A DNA stretch of 64,000 nt from Leptolyngbyaceae cyanobacterium (GCA_965263355.1 CBDHHL010000032.1:3744001-3808000), one strand, 5' to 3'. Numbered from the stretch's first letter, positions 32,034 through 43,246 are shown. Numbers and translations: made by a program. The notes: a model not told the origin generated them from the sequence alone.

Positions 32034-33440
32034 ATGCAGTATTCCTTTTTCCGAAGTTTGTTCTTAAAGGCAGCTATGCCAATCACATTGGCTTCCATAA
32101 TTTGGCAAGCACAACAAACGCCAAGTCGTGGAAATGTGCCGTCTGCTCCACAACCGGTTGTGGAGCAAAACCAGTTGAGTCGAGCCGAGAGCTGGAACTC
32201 TGTTCTCCATGTGGCTCGTCTGGTGGAGCGTAATCAGCGGAGCACAAGCCTGGTGTTGCAATTAGAGGTGTTGAATAAGCCTCAGACTACTTACGCCAAT
32301 GCGGTATATCAAGTTTTTGCGAGAACCCGTGGCAGCCGTGAGTGGCAAGAAATTCATACGAACCGAGGGGCGCGGTTAATATCTGGTGCTGGTGGTAAGT
32401 TTGTCCTTGAGTCCGAGGTTATTTCCATTGCTGATTTGGAACGAGAAATCCGGGCTGAACTGGGTGACGATTTTAGAATTGAGGATGTAGAACTAGACTG
32501 TGTGGTCAGCGTTCGCTACGACTTGGCAGGGGGTGGGCGTGATCTGCGTGAAAAATTTACTTATCGACAGCGCTACACGGAAATAAGTACTACTAGCACG
32601 ACAGCAATTGTACGTAGCTCAAGTACGGTTACTGCCGGTCGTACATCGTCTACAGAAACGGTGTCATCACGTCGCACCTCTAATCAGCAAAGGGTTCTAG
32701 CATCGGGTAGGGATGATGACGATGATGATGGCTACGAACGCGACGACGATGACGATGACGATGGTGGTAGTCGCCGTCGCCGTCGCCGCCGTCGGCATGG
32801 TTCGAACTCTCGGACAGAGCAGGTTAATGCAAATCGGTCATCCCGCAGGCGCGCTGAGATTCAACGGCAGGTTACTCGTGCTTGGGAGTCGGTGTTGCAT
32901 GTGGCTCGTCAGACGGGCAGCCGTCGGCAAAGCCGAAATCTGGTACTACAGTTAGAGATTCTCAATAAACCCCAGACGACCTATGCCAATGTGGTTTACC
33001 AGGTGTATGCCAAAACCCGTGGTGGTCGCTGGCAAGAAATTCATACGAATAGCGGTGCACGGTTAATCGAGGCTGCTAGAGGTCGGTATGTGCTGGCTGC
33101 TGAGGTGATTTCTCTGGCTGAGCTAGAACGGGAATTGCGGGCTGAGCTAGGGGACGATCTTCGGCTGGAAGATGTGGAGATTAACTGTGTGGCGACGGTG
33201 CGCTATGACTTAGCGGGTGGCAGACGCGATGTCCGAGAAAGTTTTTCCTATCAACGGCGCTATACCCAGATTGTGAGTACGACGACTACTGAAATTACTC
33301 GGATTGCTGGGTCGTCTGCTGTTTTGGTGGATAGTCGCGATCGCTGGAGAGAGCATGACAATTGTCAGTGTCGTGATGGTCATTATGATGACGACGATGA
33401 TGACGATGACGACGACGGTGATGATGATGATGATGAGTAA
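32034..33440 (+). CDS. Hypothetical protein with two copies of a ~130-aa domain and Asp/Arg homopolymer tracts
   Basis: The repeat W.SVLHVAR...LVLQLE.LNKPQTTYAN.VYQV...WQEIHTN.GARL...VRYDLAGG...Y.QRYT occurs twice. Poly-D/poly-R linker and poly-D tail. Confidence 0.8.
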   Translation: MQYSFFRSLFLKAAMPITLASIIWQAQQTPSRGNVPSAPQPVVEQNQLSRAESWNSVLHVARLVERNQRSTSLVLQLEVLNKPQTTYANAVYQVFARTRGSREWQEIHTNRGARLISGAGGKFVLESEVISIADLEREIRAELGDDFRIEDVELDCVVSVRYDLAGGGRDLREKFTYRQRYTEISTTSTTAIVRSSSTVTAGRTSSTETVSSRRTSNQQRVLASGRDDDDDDGYERDDDDDDDGGSRRRRRRRRHGSNSRTEQVNANRSSRRRAEIQRQVTRAWESVLHVARQTGSRRQSRNLVLQLEILNKPQTTYANVVYQVYAKTRGGRWQEIHTNSGARLIEAARGRYVLAAEVISLAELERELRAELGDDLRLEDVEINCVATVRYDLAGGRRDVRESFSYQRRYTQIVSTTTTEITRIAGSSAVLVDSRDRWREHDNCQCRDGHYDDDDDDDDDDGDDDDDE

Positions 33441-33477
33441 CGGCGAACGGCTGGCGTTTCTCTGATTGTTTTAATCA

Positions 33478-33509
33478 GCGTCCTCTTGATTCTGTATCAA
33501 GGGGGCGCG
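33478..33509 (+). terminator. Probable intrinsic terminator
   Basis: GCGTCCTCTTGAT...ATCAAGGGGGCGC hairpin downstream of the repeat-protein gene. Confidence 0.6.
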
Positions 33510-33513
33510 TTCT

Positions 33514-33965
33514 GTATTCTATTGGGACCGTATTCCCTTTACCGAGACTGGACGGATTGCAGATCGATGTTTAATTCCGCCAGATTGGTCCGTTGAAATT
33601 TTATCGCCGGATCAGAGCCAAACTCAGGTGCTCAGTAATCTAGGGTATCCACTCAAACCGGGAAATTCTGGTTAAGTAGGAATCTAGAATCCAGGAACCA
33701 GAATTCAGAAAGGATATGACTCCTGGCTCCTGACTTCTGACGTCTATCCTTGAGAAAACTTCCCGCTTTAAGTTAGTACCCGTAATCTATTGCATTGTAT
33801 TGAGCATGGCAGTGAGTTGGGATGGTTACTGGATCCAGGGGAAGACAGTGTGTTGATAGTGGATGGACAGCAGCGCATCCGGATTTTGACATGTGAGGCC
33901 GGTCTGCCGGTGTTAGACGGGCTTAGCATATCCTTGCCGCGCGATGTGTTTGGTTGTTTGACATT
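33514..33965 (+). pseudogene. 5'-truncated Uma2 endonuclease remnant interrupted by a MITE
   Basis: VFYWDRIP...PPDWSVEILSPDQSQTQVLSNL | LHCIEHGSELGWLLDP. Removing the insert plus one TSD copy restores the frame. Confidence 0.85.
33643..33781. mobile_element. 139-bp MITE
   Basis: 8-bp direct repeat GTAATCTA at 33635-33642 and 33782-33789. Imperfect 25-bp TIRs GGGTATCCACTCAAACCGGGAAATT / (rc) GGGTACTAACTTAAAGCGGGAAGTT. Confidence 0.9.
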
Positions 33966-33997
33966 GAATGAGGCGAAGGAATCATTCTCATCAAACC

Positions 33998-35164
33998 CTA
34001 AGCCCAAATATCCAAATCGTCCGTCATGCTGGGCAAATCATCTGAAGTTTGGTGAGCAGCCCCATTATTCGTTTGATTAGCGATGGCTAACTGATGTCCT
34101 TCAGGGATAAATGATTTTGTCGCTAGTAGCTCAGTCATTTTGACCAAGTTTGTACACAATTCCCGAGCAGCGACAATATCGTCCTCTTGAGCATTTAGTT
34201 CAGCCCGATACTGTTTCTCTATCAGTGTTAGCTTGCTGTCATAGAATGCTTGAGCACGACTCTTAATGGTTGATATATCGGTATTTGCGGGGACTTCTAA
34301 ACGAATGATCAAGGCATCGCCTAGTTTTTTCTCGATGGCTTGGATAGCAAGATATTGTCCAGTATATTGACTCCGCAGATCGTCAAATGCTTGGGAGAAC
34401 GCTTGCCAATTAATACCGTCTTTGAAAGGCAGATCGATTATCGTTGTCTGCTGAAAAAGTGCAGCAAATTCACCAGGTTCAAAGATGCCGTATTTAGGAC
34501 GACGATCCTGCTGATCTGCTTTCAGGTAAATATAGTCACATCGAGCCCCATTAAACGTTGTCGTACTATTAACGTGCCAGTCTTCTAGACAGCTACCCGT
34601 AAATAGAGCTTTTTCAAACCGAGTACCTAAGACTTGAGCCTGACTTAAGTTTGTCTGACTTAAATCAGCGGCCCGTAAATTCAGCCCATTCAGATTTACG
34701 TGGCTCAGATCTACCTCACGTAAATTAACTTCGTTTAAGTTAGCTTTACTCAAATCGGCTTCTTGAAGATTAATTTTGTGCAGATTTGCTTGGGTCAAAT
34801 TTGCACCCGATAAATCTGCGCCATACAAGTCTGCTCCGTCTAGATTGGCACGTTTTAAGTTAGTGCGTTTTAGACTAGCTCCACATAGACGGGTCCCTGT
34901 CAAATTGGCCCCACTCAGTTTCGCGTTAGTTAAATTTACACCGTACAAATTAGCTTGACTAAGATTTGCATCGCTCAGATTTGTCCCACTGAGATTTGCC
35001 CATTGCAAGTCTGCTCCATGTAAATCTGCGCCATATAAGTCTGCTCTATGCAAGTCGATTCTTTGCAGGATGATTGGGGAGTCGGGGTTAGATTTACGCC
35101 ATTGATTCCATTTATAAACATTATTTTTGAGGCGTTGAACTTGCCTCCAAGTCGAAAACGACAT
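33998..35164 (-). CDS. Pentapeptide repeat protein
   Basis: Long A(D/N)LxG pentapeptide array, then TG.CLEDW, C.YIYL, F.PGEF and a coiled-coil tail. Confidence 0.9.
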   Translation of the reverse strand: MSFSTWRQVQRLKNNVYKWNQWRKSNPDSPIILQRIDLHRADLYGADLHGADLQWANLSGTNLSDANLSQANLYGVNLTNAKLSGANLTGTRLCGASLKRTNLKRANLDGADLYGADLSGANLTQANLHKINLQEADLSKANLNEVNLREVDLSHVNLNGLNLRAADLSQTNLSQAQVLGTRFEKALFTGSCLEDWHVNSTTTFNGARCDYIYLKADQQDRRPKYGIFEPGEFAALFQQTTIIDLPFKDGINWQAFSQAFDDLRSQYTGQYLAIQAIEKKLGDALIIRLEVPANTDISTIKSRAQAFYDSKLTLIEKQYRAELNAQEDDIVAARELCTNLVKMTELLATKSFIPEGHQLAIANQTNNGAAHQTSDDLPSMTDDLDIWA

Positions 35165-35422
35165 AGGAAAGACATCCTAGCAATGGACTATATGACTCTG
35201 AGTACATGGGGTAGAAGGCATTATCTATGAAAAATCTGGAGCCTAGTGCTAAGGTGGCACCTTAGTTATCCCATTAACCCATCTCTTGATTCTAAAACGA
35301 ACCCCCACGTTCTACTCTAGTAAGGCTTAACCACATCTCCGTTGAAATCTAATGTTTCTCAAACTGGAACTTTGAATTCTGGATGTGGCCAATGTTTACT
35401 CACCCCGTGAACCAAAAATCCT

Positions 35423-36967
35423 ATGACACGCTTAGCGCTGTTTAGTGCCTCTGACAAAACTGGAATCGTCGATCTAGCTAAGGTACTTACCACAGACTTC
35501 AATTTCGACATTATCAGCAGCGGCGGTACTGCCCGCACCCTCACTGAAGCAGGCATTCCCGTTACCAAGGTGTCTGACTACACGGGCTTTCCCGAAATCC
35601 TTGGCGGTCGAGTCAAAACCCTCCAGCCTCGTATTCACGGTGGCATTCTTGCCCGTACCGATAACCCTGATGACCAAAAGGATCTTACCGATAACGATAT
35701 TCGCCCCATTGACCTGGTAGTCGTTAACCTTTATCCCTTTGAGCAAACTATTGCTAAGGCTGATATCACTATGACTGATGCCATCGAAAATATCGATATC
35801 GGTGGCCCCACATTGCTTCGGTCTGCGGCAAAAAACCATGCCTATCTAACCGTGCTGTGTAATCCTGCTCAATACGAAGGCTATCTCAACGAATTACGAA
35901 CCAATAATGGCCAACCCTCCCTAGAGTTCCGTGCCCAATGTGCCCGTCAAGTTTTTTGGCATACGGCTACCTATGATCAGGCGATCGCAACTTACCTAAC
36001 CGAGCAAGCAGGTGTTGCTACCAGTGTGCGCTTTGCCCTCAGCGGTACCCAAAAACAGCCCTTACGCTATGGTGAAAACCCTCACCAGCCAGCTGTGTGG
36101 TACCAAACTGGGACCCAGCCCAGTGGTTGGGCTGCTGCCGAAAAACTGCAAGGTAAAGACCTTAGCTATAACAACCTGGTTGACCTTGAAGCCGCCCGTC
36201 GGATCATTGCCGAATTCCCTAGCGAAAATGGTGCCGCTGCCGCTGTGCTGAAACACACTAACCCTTGTGGTGTGGCTATGGGAGACTCCATGGCATCAAC
36301 CTATAGACGTGCTTTTGACGCCGATAACGTCTCTGCATTTGGCGGCATCGTTGCTCTCAACCAGACCATTGATATAGAGACCGCTGAGTCTTTGACCCAA
36401 ACATTTTTAGAATGTGTGGTTGCGCCCGGTTGTGCTCCCGCTGCTCGGGAAATTTTAGCGAAAAAGAAGAATCTGCGAGTGCTAGTGTTACCTGATCTAG
36501 TAAGCGGTCCCAGTCAAACTATTCGTGCGATCTCAGGTGGCTTTCTGACCCAAACCTCTGATGACGTTCAAGAAAATGTGACCCAGTGGAAAATTGTGAC
36601 CGAGTGTCAGCCCAATGACGCTGAGCTGACAGAAATGCTATTTGCCTGGCGGGTGGCTAAGCATGTGAAATCTAATGCCATTGTGGTGACCAAGGACAGT
36701 ACGACGGTTGGGATTGGGGCTGGTCAGATGAATCGTGTGGGTGCAGCAAAGATTGCTCTGGAGCAAGCGGCAGAAAAAGCAGTCGAAGCCACATTGGCCA
36801 GTGATGGTTTTTTTCCGTTTGATGACTCTGTCCGCACCGCAGCAGCGGCTGGAATTAGAGCGATTGTGCAGCCGGGAGGCAGTATCCGTGATGAGGATTC
36901 GATTAAGGCGGCCAATGAACTAGGGCTGATTATGGCGTTTACAGGGACGCGGCATTTCTTGCACTAA
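35423..36967 (+). CDS. purH: Bifunctional AICAR transformylase/IMP cyclohydrolase
   Basis: GRVKTL, IDIGGP, LRYGENPHQ, KHTNPCG, SDGFFPF, RHFLH. Confidence 0.98.
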   Translation: MTRLALFSASDKTGIVDLAKVLTTDFNFDIISSGGTARTLTEAGIPVTKVSDYTGFPEILGGRVKTLQPRIHGGILARTDNPDDQKDLTDNDIRPIDLVVVNLYPFEQTIAKADITMTDAIENIDIGGPTLLRSAAKNHAYLTVLCNPAQYEGYLNELRTNNGQPSLEFRAQCARQVFWHTATYDQAIATYLTEQAGVATSVRFALSGTQKQPLRYGENPHQPAVWYQTGTQPSGWAAAEKLQGKDLSYNNLVDLEAARRIIAEFPSENGAAAAVLKHTNPCGVAMGDSMASTYRRAFDADNVSAFGGIVALNQTIDIETAESLTQTFLECVVAPGCAPAAREILAKKKNLRVLVLPDLVSGPSQTIRAISGGFLTQTSDDVQENVTQWKIVTECQPNDAELTEMLFAWRVAKHVKSNAIVVTKDSTTVGIGAGQMNRVGAAKIALEQAAEKAVEATLASDGFFPFDDSVRTAAAAGIRAIVQPGGSIRDEDSIKAANELGLIMAFTGTRHFLH

Positions 36968-36970
36968 AAC

Positions 36971-37090
36971 AACGCTGGGTTAGGCTGCGCTTACCCAGCG
37001 TTTGACTCGCTTACCCAGCGTTTGGCTTCGCTTAATTCAACCAATTCTACTTTCAACTAGTTCAGAATTAAGGATTGAGCGGAGCCGAAC
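36971..37090. repeat. REP-like palindromic cluster with local duplication
   Basis: AACGCTGGGT..ACCCAGCGTT hairpin, duplicated CGCTTACCCAGCGTTTG, and an imperfect inverted pair GGCTTCGCTTAATT / GATTGAGCGGAGCC. Confidence 0.6.
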
Positions 37091-37099
37091 CCCGGCTAC

Positions 37100-37591
37100 T
37101 TAATTACCCTTTAACCACTTTTGACCTTTTAGACGCTGTAACACATACAACACCATCAGATCCAATGTAATGCGACGTTCATCGCCCATGAACTGCTCGA
37201 TGGTGCTAGGTATGGCTCCATCGGTCGCAAAGGAATAAAGCTTAGGGCCCATAATGCTTTCTTCTAGGAAAGCAATATTAAACTGGCGTGCTCCTTTTGC
37301 CCATCGACCAATGACTTGTGGATAACTATCCTTATCCACGCCGATTACATTAATGGGTTGGGTTTCAAAAGAAACCTGTAAATCGTCTAACCCTTCTTCT
37401 TTGCCTAGGGCATCTTGTACAGCAGGTAAAAAATGCTGTTCGATAAATTCAGCAAACGGTTTGTCTTCTAATTTGGGCGGTTTTGCTTTTTTAGCTTTTT
37501 CCGGTGCCTTAGCAGGAGGCTGATCGGGCTTAGCTGCTTTATCGGCGGGCTGCTTCTCTGCAGGTGCCTTAGGAGTCGACTCGTCTGCCAT
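37100..37591 (-). CDS. ndhV: DUF2996 protein (NDH-1 subunit NdhV-like)
   Basis: K/P/A-rich N-terminus, EDKPF.EFI..HF.P, F..DER.ITLDL.V...LQRL.GQKWL..N. Confidence 0.7.
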   Translation of the reverse strand: MADESTPKAPAEKQPADKAAKPDQPPAKAPEKAKKAKPPKLEDKPFAEFIEQHFLPAVQDALGKEEGLDDLQVSFETQPINVIGVDKDSYPQVIGRWAKGARQFNIAFLEESIMGPKLYSFATDGAIPSTIEQFMGDERRITLDLMVLYVLQRLKGQKWLKGN

Positions 37592-37879
37592 GCTTTTGTC
37601 TGTTGGTTTGCGTTTGGAGCATAACCCACACTCCAAACAAGGTCTTTCCCATATTAAACCTTGTCTACGTTCAGAACGGTCGTTTTTCCGTAGAAGAACC
37701 TTACAGGTTTAACTTGGACGTGGTTTAGTAAACCTGGCTCACATTCAGAGCTGCAGTTTATCTGCAGGTGAAGTGTCAGGTGAAAACTTAGATGCGATGG
37801 ACAACGCCTCTTGGGACGATAAAGCGTCAAGGAGGCGTTGCCAGTTTAGTCTAGGGTCTGTTTGGGCCAGAGACTAAGA

Positions 37880-38944
37880 CTAAGACATCACACCCGCAAT
37901 TGCTGCACGTACGGTGGCTGAATCAGCTTGTTGAGTCACAGGATCTAGACCGATGGCCTCCAGGTCAGCATCTACCATCAGCTTAACGAGGCCATGGAAG
38001 TCGATGGAAGGCTCCCAGCCCAGTTTTTCTTTTGTGTAGGTAGGATCGCCGATCAGAATATCGACTTCAGCAGGACGCAGATAGCGGGGATCAAACTTGA
38101 CGTAATCATGCCAGTCAAGGTTGACATAGTCGAAGGCAATATCTAGAAAATCTTTGATAGTGTGGGTTTCACCCGTAGCGACAACGTAGTCATCGGGTTC
38201 GTCTTGCTGTAACATCAGCCACATAGCATTGACATAGTCTTTGGCGTAACCCCAGTCACGTTTGGAGTCAAGGTTGCCCAAGTAAAGATCCTGCTGACGA
38301 CCAGCCACAATCCGAGCAACGGCGCGAGTGATTTTTCGGGTTACAAAGGTTTCTCCGCGACGGGGAGACTCGTGATTGAATAGGATGCCATTGCAGGCAA
38401 ACATGTTGTAGGACTCACGGTAGTTAACGGTCTGCCAGTGGGCATAGACCTTGGCACAGGCGTAGGGACTTCGGGGGTAAAAAGGAGTCGTTTCCTTCTG
38501 GGGAATTTCTTGGACTTTGCCAAACATCTCGGAAGATCCGGCTTGATAGAAGCGCACTTCTGCATCCGTGCGTTGCTGGTAGTCGCGAATGGCTTCCATC
38601 AGTCGTAGGGCTCCCATGGCTACGGTATCAACCGTGTATTCTGGAGAGTCAAAACTGACTCGTACATGGGATTGGGCACCGAGGTTATAAACTTCGTTGG
38701 GTTGAACTTGTTCTAGGATACGCCGAAGCATGGTGCCATCATTGAGGTCACCGTAGTGGAGAAATAGGCGGGCGTCTTCGCTATGGGGGTCAATATAAAT
38801 GTGATCAATACGATCAGTATTGAATGTGGAGGTGCGACGAATAATGCCGTGTACCTCGTATCCTTTTTCTAATAAAAGTTCAGCAAGGTAAGACCCATCT
38901 TGGCCTGTAATTCCTGTAATTAATGCACGCTTAGTCTGCGTCAT
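37880..38944 (-). CDS. gmd: GDP-mannose 4,6-dehydratase
   Basis: [38 protein letters not shown]. Confidence 0.98.
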   Translation of the reverse strand: MTQTKRALITGITGQDGSYLAELLLEKGYEVHGIIRRTSTFNTDRIDHIYIDPHSEDARLFLHYGDLNDGTMLRRILEQVQPNEVYNLGAQSHVRVSFDSPEYTVDTVAMGALRLMEAIRDYQQRTDAEVRFYQAGSSEMFGKVQEIPQKETTPFYPRSPYACAKVYAHWQTVNYRESYNMFACNGILFNHESPRRGETFVTRKITRAVARIVAGRQQDLYLGNLDSKRDWGYAKDYVNAMWLMLQQDEPDDYVVATGETHTIKDFLDIAFDYVNLDWHDYVKFDPRYLRPAEVDILIGDPTYTKEKLGWEPSIDFHGLVKLMVDADLEAIGLDPVTQQADSATVRAAIAGVMS

Positions 38945-39367
38945 ATTGTCAGCTTCCTTAATCTATGAAAAAAATGCTAGTAGATAGCCCTAATCACCAA
39001 ACATATGGTAGTTGAGGAATGCTTCCATATAAGTTAGGGCTGTTCCAGCCTGCGGGAGAGCTGTTAGTGTGAACAGTCCTTCAAACGATGAAAGCTTACG
39101 ACAAGCTACTTGAATGGGTGCAGTATGACGGTTAGTAAATTTATCTATGGTTAATAAATTAACCGATATGCCTGATATAACCTCTGTGGGTTTAGATTGC
39201 CCATGGAGTGGAGCCTATCGAAAGTTGGCTATGCCATCGATATTTGCTTCATAACGTGCCATTGAATATAGATTCGCCGATCATAATCTTGACGTTGGCT
39301 TTACAATGTTGGGTCTTAGGTCAAGAAAGTGTGAAGCATTTACCTTTTGAGATTTCAAGATAAGTGT

Positions 39368-39676
39368 TTAGGCTCTGCGATCGCGTTCGATATCGTAAAT
39401 GGCCTTTTCCCAGCACCATTGCTCTGATCGATCAGGATTTTGAGATCGCACCCGCTCCACTAGCCGGGTTGCCACTGCCTGGTTACCATTCACTAATCGC
39501 ATCAACCGTTGTCTGGTTGCCCGAGGCACACCGGACTGGCCAGTTGACAAAGACGGAACTGCAAATCGGATCGGCAATCGATACCCTGTTAACCAGCAAA
39601 AGACTGCCACCACCAACACCATAATGAAGATGACTGAAAAGATGGATGACATTGTCGATTTCCCCCGCGTAAACAC
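39368..39676 (-). CDS. Hypothetical membrane-anchored protein
   Basis: N-terminal TM helix and a C-terminal A.RL......NP.RSEQW.WEKAIYD.ERDR motif. Confidence 0.7.
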   Translation of the reverse strand: MFTRGKSTMSSIFSVIFIMVLVVAVFCWLTGYRLPIRFAVPSLSTGQSGVPRATRQRLMRLVNGNQAVATRLVERVRSQNPDRSEQWCWEKAIYDIERDRRA

Positions 39677-39678
39677 CT

Positions 39679-40257
39679 ATGGACTCAGTGGTTAGTAATA
39701 CTCAAGCAGTATTAGACTTTTGGTTTGGGTTACCTCCTGGTGAGGATCGCAAACAATGGTTTCGTAAAGACTCTGATTTTGACAATCAGATTAAGACTCA
39801 GTTCTTAGATCTGTATTGGGCTATGGTAGCGTCATCGCCTGAATGCTGGTTGCAAACGGCTAAATCGAGCCTGACCCGGATCATTGTGCTGGATCAGTTT
39901 GCCCGCAACATGTTTCGGGGGACACCCCAGAGTTTTGCCGCTGACCCCCAGGCGCTTACTACGGCAGAGAGAGCGATTGAGCGGGGCTATGATGCTGAAC
40001 TGCTGCCAGTAGAACGATTTTTTCTCTATTTACCCTTTGAGCATAGTGAAAATCTAACCCACCAAAATCGCTGTGTTAAGTATTTTGAGAGGTTAGTTCT
40101 GGATGCTCCGGAGCTTGAGCATGGGTTAGAGTATGCTCGGCGGCACCGAGACGTGATTGCTAAATTTGGCCGATTTCCCCATCGCAATGAGACGTTGGCC
40201 CGTGAGAGTACCGAGGCGGAGTTGAATTTTCTAAAACAGCCAGGTTCTAGGTTTTAG
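39679..40257 (+). CDS. DUF924 family protein
   Basis: LDFWFG, LDQF.RN.FR, F.YLPFEHSE, FGRFPHRN. Confidence 0.92.
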   Translation: MDSVVSNTQAVLDFWFGLPPGEDRKQWFRKDSDFDNQIKTQFLDLYWAMVASSPECWLQTAKSSLTRIIVLDQFARNMFRGTPQSFAADPQALTTAERAIERGYDAELLPVERFFLYLPFEHSENLTHQNRCVKYFERLVLDAPELEHGLEYARRHRDVIAKFGRFPHRNETLARESTEAELNFLKQPGSRF

Positions 40258-40258
40258 G

Positions 40259-40292
40259 CCTGTAGGGGCGTTCCATGGAAGGTCCCTACAGG
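40259..40292. repeat. REP-like palindrome
   Basis: CCTGTAGGGGCGTTCCATGGAAGGTCCCTACAGG between convergent genes, with GTAG...CTAC ends. Confidence 0.7.
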
Positions 40293-40293
40293 T

Positions 40294-40713
40294 CTAAGCC
40301 GTTACCGGTTTTTCATATGCAATTTCAACCGTGGTGTGGACGTTCCCACGGGGCTGAAAGTCACCTTTGATTTTGAATTTCAAGGGATCAGCGGCAGCGA
40401 TGAAATCATCCATGATTTGATTGATGGATTCCTCATGGGAAATGTAGCGATCGCGATAGCCATTGATATAAAGCTTGATTGCTTTTAGCTCTACTACTTT
40501 TTCGTTAGGGGTATAGGTAATGTAAATAGTGGCAAAGTCGGGATAGCCAGAGAAGGGACATTTGCAAGTAAATTCCGGCAACGTAATATTGACGTCATAC
40601 TGTCTGCCTGGACGGGGATTGGGAAAGGTAATCAGTTCGTTTGCCTCAATCGCGCGTTCGCCGTACTTAACATTGTCGGCATGGATATTCGTGGGAAGTG
40701 TGGTGTCAGCCAT
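40294..40713 (-). CDS. queF: NADPH-dependent 7-cyano-7-deazaguanine (preQ0) reductase
   Basis: EFTCKCPFSGYPDFA, VELKAIKLY, SHEE, PRGN. Confidence 0.95.
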   Translation of the reverse strand: MADTTLPTNIHADNVKYGERAIEANELITFPNPRPGRQYDVNITLPEFTCKCPFSGYPDFATIYITYTPNEKVVELKAIKLYINGYRDRYISHEESINQIMDDFIAAADPLKFKIKGDFQPRGNVHTTVEIAYEKPVTA

Positions 40714-40943
40714 GGTTGTGAAAGTTCTGAAAAAAAGTTGATGGTTTTTGGGAAGCAGGGTAAAACTAGACTTGCTATTTAGTCAGGTAACTCCGTTTTA
40801 GGGACGTTAATCTACCAAAAAACTTAGAGAAGTACTTGACGAATGGCGTTGACGTTGCTCTAATTTGAACGTCCTGAATGATATGGGCAAACAAGACAGG
40901 GCGGCTGATTTGTGTTGCTATTAGAGAATTTTTGGAACTGCTT

Positions 40944-41483
40944 ATGAATCCTCCCCACAATTCTGACTCAGGGCGCAATCCAATGAGATCAGAGTCTGGC
41001 TATTCACCCTCGGTACCTGTATCGGTATATCGTGAGCTGTCAGCCGAGCTGCAGGCCACTAAAGCAATGGTGGATTCACTGAGCGCACAGAACACCCATC
41101 TCACTAATCAAAATCATATTCTGCGGCAAAACATTCATCAAATGGTGCAAGTGGCTCTACAGCTTGGTCATCATGCTGGTGTTGCTCATCCAGCCGAGGT
41201 GGAAATGGCCGTATCACCTCCCGTTTATGAGGTGCCTATTCAAGAGGAGCCCCAGGTAATGCCACCAGCACCAGAGCCTAAGCCTAGACCCCCAAAAAGA
41301 ACAAAATCTAGTTTGTCTAAGGTATTTACAGAACAACCGGGGGAAAATCGTCGCTATAGCTTGGAATCGTCAGCTGTTGGCAGTTTGAGTACGCTTTGGT
41401 TAATTGTCTCCATTGCCATCATTATTCTGACTGCGTTTGGGGCAGGCTTTTTGATTATGCGTCCGCTAATTAATGACCGCTAA
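40944..41483 (+). CDS. Hypothetical coiled-coil protein with C-terminal TM anchor
   Basis: PSVPVSVYREL.AELQA coiled coil, Pro-rich linker, C-terminal TAFGAGFLI.RP. Confidence 0.75.
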   Translation: MNPPHNSDSGRNPMRSESGYSPSVPVSVYRELSAELQATKAMVDSLSAQNTHLTNQNHILRQNIHQMVQVALQLGHHAGVAHPAEVEMAVSPPVYEVPIQEEPQVMPPAPEPKPRPPKRTKSSLSKVFTEQPGENRRYSLESSAVGSLSTLWLIVSIAIIILTAFGAGFLIMRPLINDR

Positions 41484-41547
41484 GGCAAAAGCGTTGCTTT
41501 AATCAGGTTCTACTCTAAAATTGACTACGCAGCGGATCAATAACACC

Positions 41548-41561
41548 GTAACAATTGATAC
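41548..41561 (+). promoter_or_regulatory. NtcA-binding site upstream of glnB
   Basis: GTA-ACAATTGA-TAC (GTA-N8-TAC), 90 bp upstream of the glnB start. Confidence 0.75.
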
Positions 41562-41645
41562 GGTAGTTTGCGGCTGTAAACCGTTAAACATTGATATCGT
41601 ATATTGGCTCAATCTTTTGATTGGTCCGGTGTATGGAGTTTATAA

Positions 41646-41989
<344 letters not shown>

Positions 41990-41990
<1 letters not shown>

Positions 41991-43246
41991 TGTCGTCTGA
42001 CAAGCTATCGATTGACGATTTCCTGGCAGGGTATGGACGCTTTGGGGTCAATTTGGGGCTATCGCGCATTGAAGCGTTACTCAATTGTTTAGGTAATCCT
42101 CAAGCGCGGGTCCCGATTGTCCATGTTGCCGGTACCAATGGTAAGGGCTCAGTCTGCGCTTATCTAGCGTCTGTGTTGACGGCTGCCGGGTATCGAGTCG
42201 GTTGCTACACATCACCCCATTTATTAGCCTGGAATGAACGCATTTGTATCAATCAACAACCTATCTCTGATGAAGCCCTGTGGCAGCATCTGACGGCAGT
42301 AGTGGCTGCTATCGATACTGTCATAGAAACGCCAACTCAGTTTGAGGTGTTCACAGCAGCAGCCTGGTTATATTTTGCGGCGGCGGCTATTGATATTGCT
42401 GTTATTGAAGTTGGTTTGGGTGGGCGCTTAGATGCGACGAATGTGTGTCCTGTTCCTCTCGTGACCAGCGTCGTTTCCCTTAGTCGTGAGCATTGGCAGC
42501 GTTTGGGACCTACGATAGCGGATATTGCCAGAGAAAAGGCTGGTATTTTGAAGGCAGGGCGGCCTGTGGTGATCGGCCCCTTGCCAGCGGATGCTGAACG
42601 GGTAGTACGGCAGCGAGCGGTGGAATTGGGCTGTCCACTGTATGCCATAACACCTGCTCAATCGACTGAGTCAGGCCAGTGGCGTAGTGGCCTGGAAGAC
42701 TTGATTGAGTATGAGTCTGGCCTGCTTGGGGAGCATCAACGGGTAAATAGTGGGGTTGCGATCTCAATTCTCCAACTCCTTCAGCAGCAAGGTTGGCAAA
42801 TTTCAACTGCGGCCATTCAAAAGGGTATGGCCGAAACCCGTTGGCCAGGACGTCTGCAATGGCTTACCTGGCAAGGGCAACAACTTCTGATCGATGGTGC
42901 CCATAATCCAGCAGCGGCTCAAATGTTGCGTCGCTATGTAGATTCTCTCCCTCAACCTGTTACCTGGCTAATGGGAATGTTGGCCACCAAGGATCATGAG
43001 GATATCTTTCAAGCATTGTTACGCCCAGGCGACACAATACATCTAGTGCCTGTACCAGGCCACCAAACAGCAGCACCGGCAGAGCTAGCGCAGTTAGCCC
43101 AGCAGGTGTGTTTGAGTTTGGCAGGTTGTTATGACTATGAAACGTTGGCGGTCGGTCTGGCTGCCTTTGGTGAAGCAAAGGCAGCGACAAAAGTCCTTTG
43201 CGGTTCTCTATACCTAATTGGGGATTTTTTGTCTCATTTCAATTAG
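41990..43246 (+). CDS. folC: Folylpolyglutamate synthase/dihydrofolate synthase
   Basis: HVAGTNGKGS, YTSPHL, EVGLGGRLDATN, DGAHN, GSLYL. Confidence 0.96.
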
